From the IMG/VR virus record IMGVR_UViG_3300042261_001929, positions 13,902 through 77,901 of that record: a stretch of 64,000 nt of DNA. One strand, written 5' to 3'. The notes under the pieces are model-generated. The model did not search any database. It was not told where the DNA came from and was given only the letters and a program-made list of their open reading frames with translations. The position numbers and the translations under genes are program-made. Positions 62,401 to 64,000 of the stretch are shown in pieces. Within the stretch, counting starts at the first letter, position 1, and every line of letters begins with the position of its first letter. Origin of the DNA: a virus.

Positions 62401-62840
62401 ATTGGGGAAGTGAGAGGATTTTGAGCATAAAAATTCCCCAATTGCTCATGCCTCTCTCGCTTTCTTGGTACACGTATAATCAATCGGACCCGCCATTCAT
62501 ATACGCTTAACATGGGTAGCTTGAACCCAATGCGCGGGCGAGATTCGAACTCGCTCGTCTTGCGGACTTAAGCCAAAGGTTTACTACAACCCACGTAGTT
62601 AAGGGGAGTCGGACCCCACACCCTCGCGCATCCGAACACCTTTTATAGTGTTCTTTTCCCCGAATTTCGACATCGGGAACACCGCGCTTCGCGAAAGAAC
62701 GTGCGCAAATGGCTATCATCGGGTTTCTCACAATAGCTAGTTATGAGGTTACCGACTCTCCTTCCATCCCACTTGTCGGGATCATGTCATTCTATTGCAC
62801 ATTAGGCATGCCGGATTTGAACCGGTTACCCTTTCATGCC
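62401..62840 (-). ncRNA. Candidate large structured ncRNA region with several T-loop hairpins
   Basis: Multibranch domain at 62527-62713, minihelix at 62804-62840, pseudoknot at 62401-62456. Confidence 0.6.
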
Positions 62841-62862
62841 TTTTTCTAATATTGCCTCTCGA

Positions 62863-63111
62863 TTATCTCCAACCATAGTTATACATTGGCAAATAACTAT
62901 GCCAGAATGTAGTAGCGAACCCTAACCCCGAATTTCTCATCCAGTTCATTGCTCCGTAGGACGCTGAATAATGGGTACCATAACCCCATCCTCCGTACTG
63001 TGAGTATGCACCATAATCCGATCCAAAGTACTGAGCCTGCGCTGAACCGATGCCAACGACCATGATTGCGATTAAAATCATAGCCCCCATTATGATATAT
63101 CTTGTCCTCAA
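62863..63111 (-). CDS. Small secreted Gly/Tyr-rich peptide
   Basis: GGTGA plus TTG at 63111 (or ATG 63090); signal peptide ending AQA; mature QYFGSDYGAY... Confidence 0.55.
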   Translation of the reverse strand: MRTRYIIMGAMILIAIMVVGIGSAQAQYFGSDYGAYSQYGGWGYGTHYSASYGAMNWMRNSGLGFATTFWHSYLPMYNYGWR

Positions 63112-63140
63112 TCTGATCACCCGATTACTGGTTAAAAATT

Positions 63141-63269
63141 TGGGCAAGGGAGATTTGAACTCCTCGCAAATTATGCTTTTCCTCATCGCGAGCCTAAGAG
63201 AACTTAATCCCGTTCTCGCCATTACCCAACTTCTGGAGGTGTCATGACTGACACAACTTCTTTGCACCC
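63141..63269 (-). ncRNA. tRNA mimic (acceptor and T-arm, non-tRNA core)
   Basis: GGAG TTCAAAT CTCC CTTGCCC-A; 5' GGGTGCAA; internal hairpins GTGTCA/TGACAC and GAGAAC/GTTCTC. Confidence 0.5.
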
Positions 63270-63270
63270 T

Positions 63271-63401
63271 GCACCACTCACTATCGATTTTCGGTCAGTG
63301 AGAACCGATGCTCCGCACCACTCACTATCGGTTTTTGGTTAGTGAGAACCAAGCCGCTATCCGCCGCGCCACCAAACATATTCGAAGGCGTTTGGAACCT
63401 T
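63271..63401 (-). repeat. Three tandem structural repeats with pseudoknot potential
   Basis: Units at 63271-63308 and 63315-63352 (near-identical) and 63366-63401 (same pairing, different sequence). Confidence 0.75.
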
Positions 63402-63436
63402 ATCCTCCCGAACATACATACTATCAAACGCCATAG

Positions 63437-63452
63437 TACTTAAGACTTTCGG
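63437..63452 (-). promoter_or_regulatory. BRE/TATA promoter upstream of the repeat RNA
   Basis: CCGAAAGTCTTAAGTA, nearly identical to the tRNA-Ser(GCU) promoter. Confidence 0.6.
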
Positions 63453-63460
63453 GAGGAAAT

Positions 63461-63580
63461 CGCACCTCTAGGAGTCGGACCTAGTTCTACAGCATTATTC
63501 GAAAATATCTACGTTTGCCACCGCAAATATTTTATGCTGTCACATGAAGCCGTATCACACTCCACTTTTTGTGATAGCGC
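63461..63580 (-). ncRNA. Second tRNA-mimic candidate
   Basis: CTAGG TCCGACT CCTAG AGGTGC-G; hairpins TATCAC/GTGATA and ACAGCAT/ATGCTGT. Confidence 0.45.
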
Positions 63581-63938
63581 ACATGCTGAGGCACAACACA
63601 ATTCGGTTAGCCAATGGGTCTATATGGTTATCCATCCCACATGGGTGGCGTGGGTCAGACCACATATAATTTCAATGTGCGTTATTTCCCCATTTGTTTC
63701 CTTCACGTATGCATTAACCTTTCGGTCGAATTGTAAATGAGGTGTGGACGTTACGAACGCCTTACCCATCACGTATTGTGATGGTGATTTTAAGTCTCAT
63801 AAATCTAACACCTCGACACATTAAAGAATATTCCTTAATGTGCGTTTCCACTATATCCAACCGTCACATATGGTGCTGAGCACCTGCTTCTGGTTCGACT
63901 GTTGGAAAACTACCGCTCTGACCTCGCGCGAAGGTCGA

Positions 63939-64000
63939 TTGGCGTAGCCGGATTCGAACCGGCTGTCATCCCCTTATAAGGAGGGCGCATTTACCTCTTA
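63939..64000 (-). tRNA. tRNA-Ile(UAU), 5' part outside the window
   Basis: CCCTC CT TAT AA GGGGA; GCCGG TTCGAAT CCGGC. Confidence 0.7.

Noticed and set aside
63271-63401. Possible mini-CRISPR array
   Set aside because: Gaps between units are only 6-13 nt, the third unit conserves structure rather than sequence, and no cas genes are present.
63357-63419. 20-codon ORF MYVREDKVPNAFEYVWWRGG behind the 63437 promoter
   Set aside because: Very short and overlaps the third structural repeat, so the RNA structure explains the sequence better; not fully excluded.
1-64000. Stop-codon reassignment or suppressor tRNA
   Set aside because: Recognisable genes are full length in the standard code, all three stops are used, and no CUA, UCA or UUA anticodon was found.
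1-64000. Bacterial host, suggested by NAMPT, NadM-Nudix, Rnl1 and tRNA-Arg(ACG)
   Set aside because: Outweighed by aRF1, Pth2, the BHB intron, C1:G72 tRNA-Tyr and recurrent BRE/TATA promoters.

Overview
This window is part of a large, AT-rich tailed-virus (Caudoviricetes-type) genome that very probably infects an archaeon. The archaeal evidence is BRE/TATA promoters, GAGGTG/GGTGA ribosome-binding sites, an aRF1, a Pth2, a C1:G72 tRNA-Tyr and a tRNA intron with a bulge-helix-bulge motif. A methanogen host is plausible but unproven. Positions 1-15.7 kb hold a head module on the minus strand: large terminase, portal, then a run of modular proteins carrying ADP-ribosyltransferase, zincin, GNAT-like and radical-SAM-like domains, most preceded by a shared 'xLN/xEN-xx-C..G..S[FL]xC' tag. 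The rest is accessory. It includes NAD+ salvage genes (NAMPT and NadM-Nudix), uracil-DNA glycosylase, dCMP deaminase, a papain-like secreted protease, an intein-containing RNA ligase, Pth2, about 22 tRNA genes (several atypical) and several long structured non-coding or tRNA-mimic RNAs. The best candidates for new biology are: (1) an aRF1 gene whose RBS-backed ATG frame ends at CTT-TGA-C, the bacterial RF2 autoregulatory +1 frameshift site; (2) the tagged virion-cargo effector set; and (3) the pseudoknot and tRNA-mimic RNAs at 57-64 kb. All family calls come from motifs read by eye; no searches were run.
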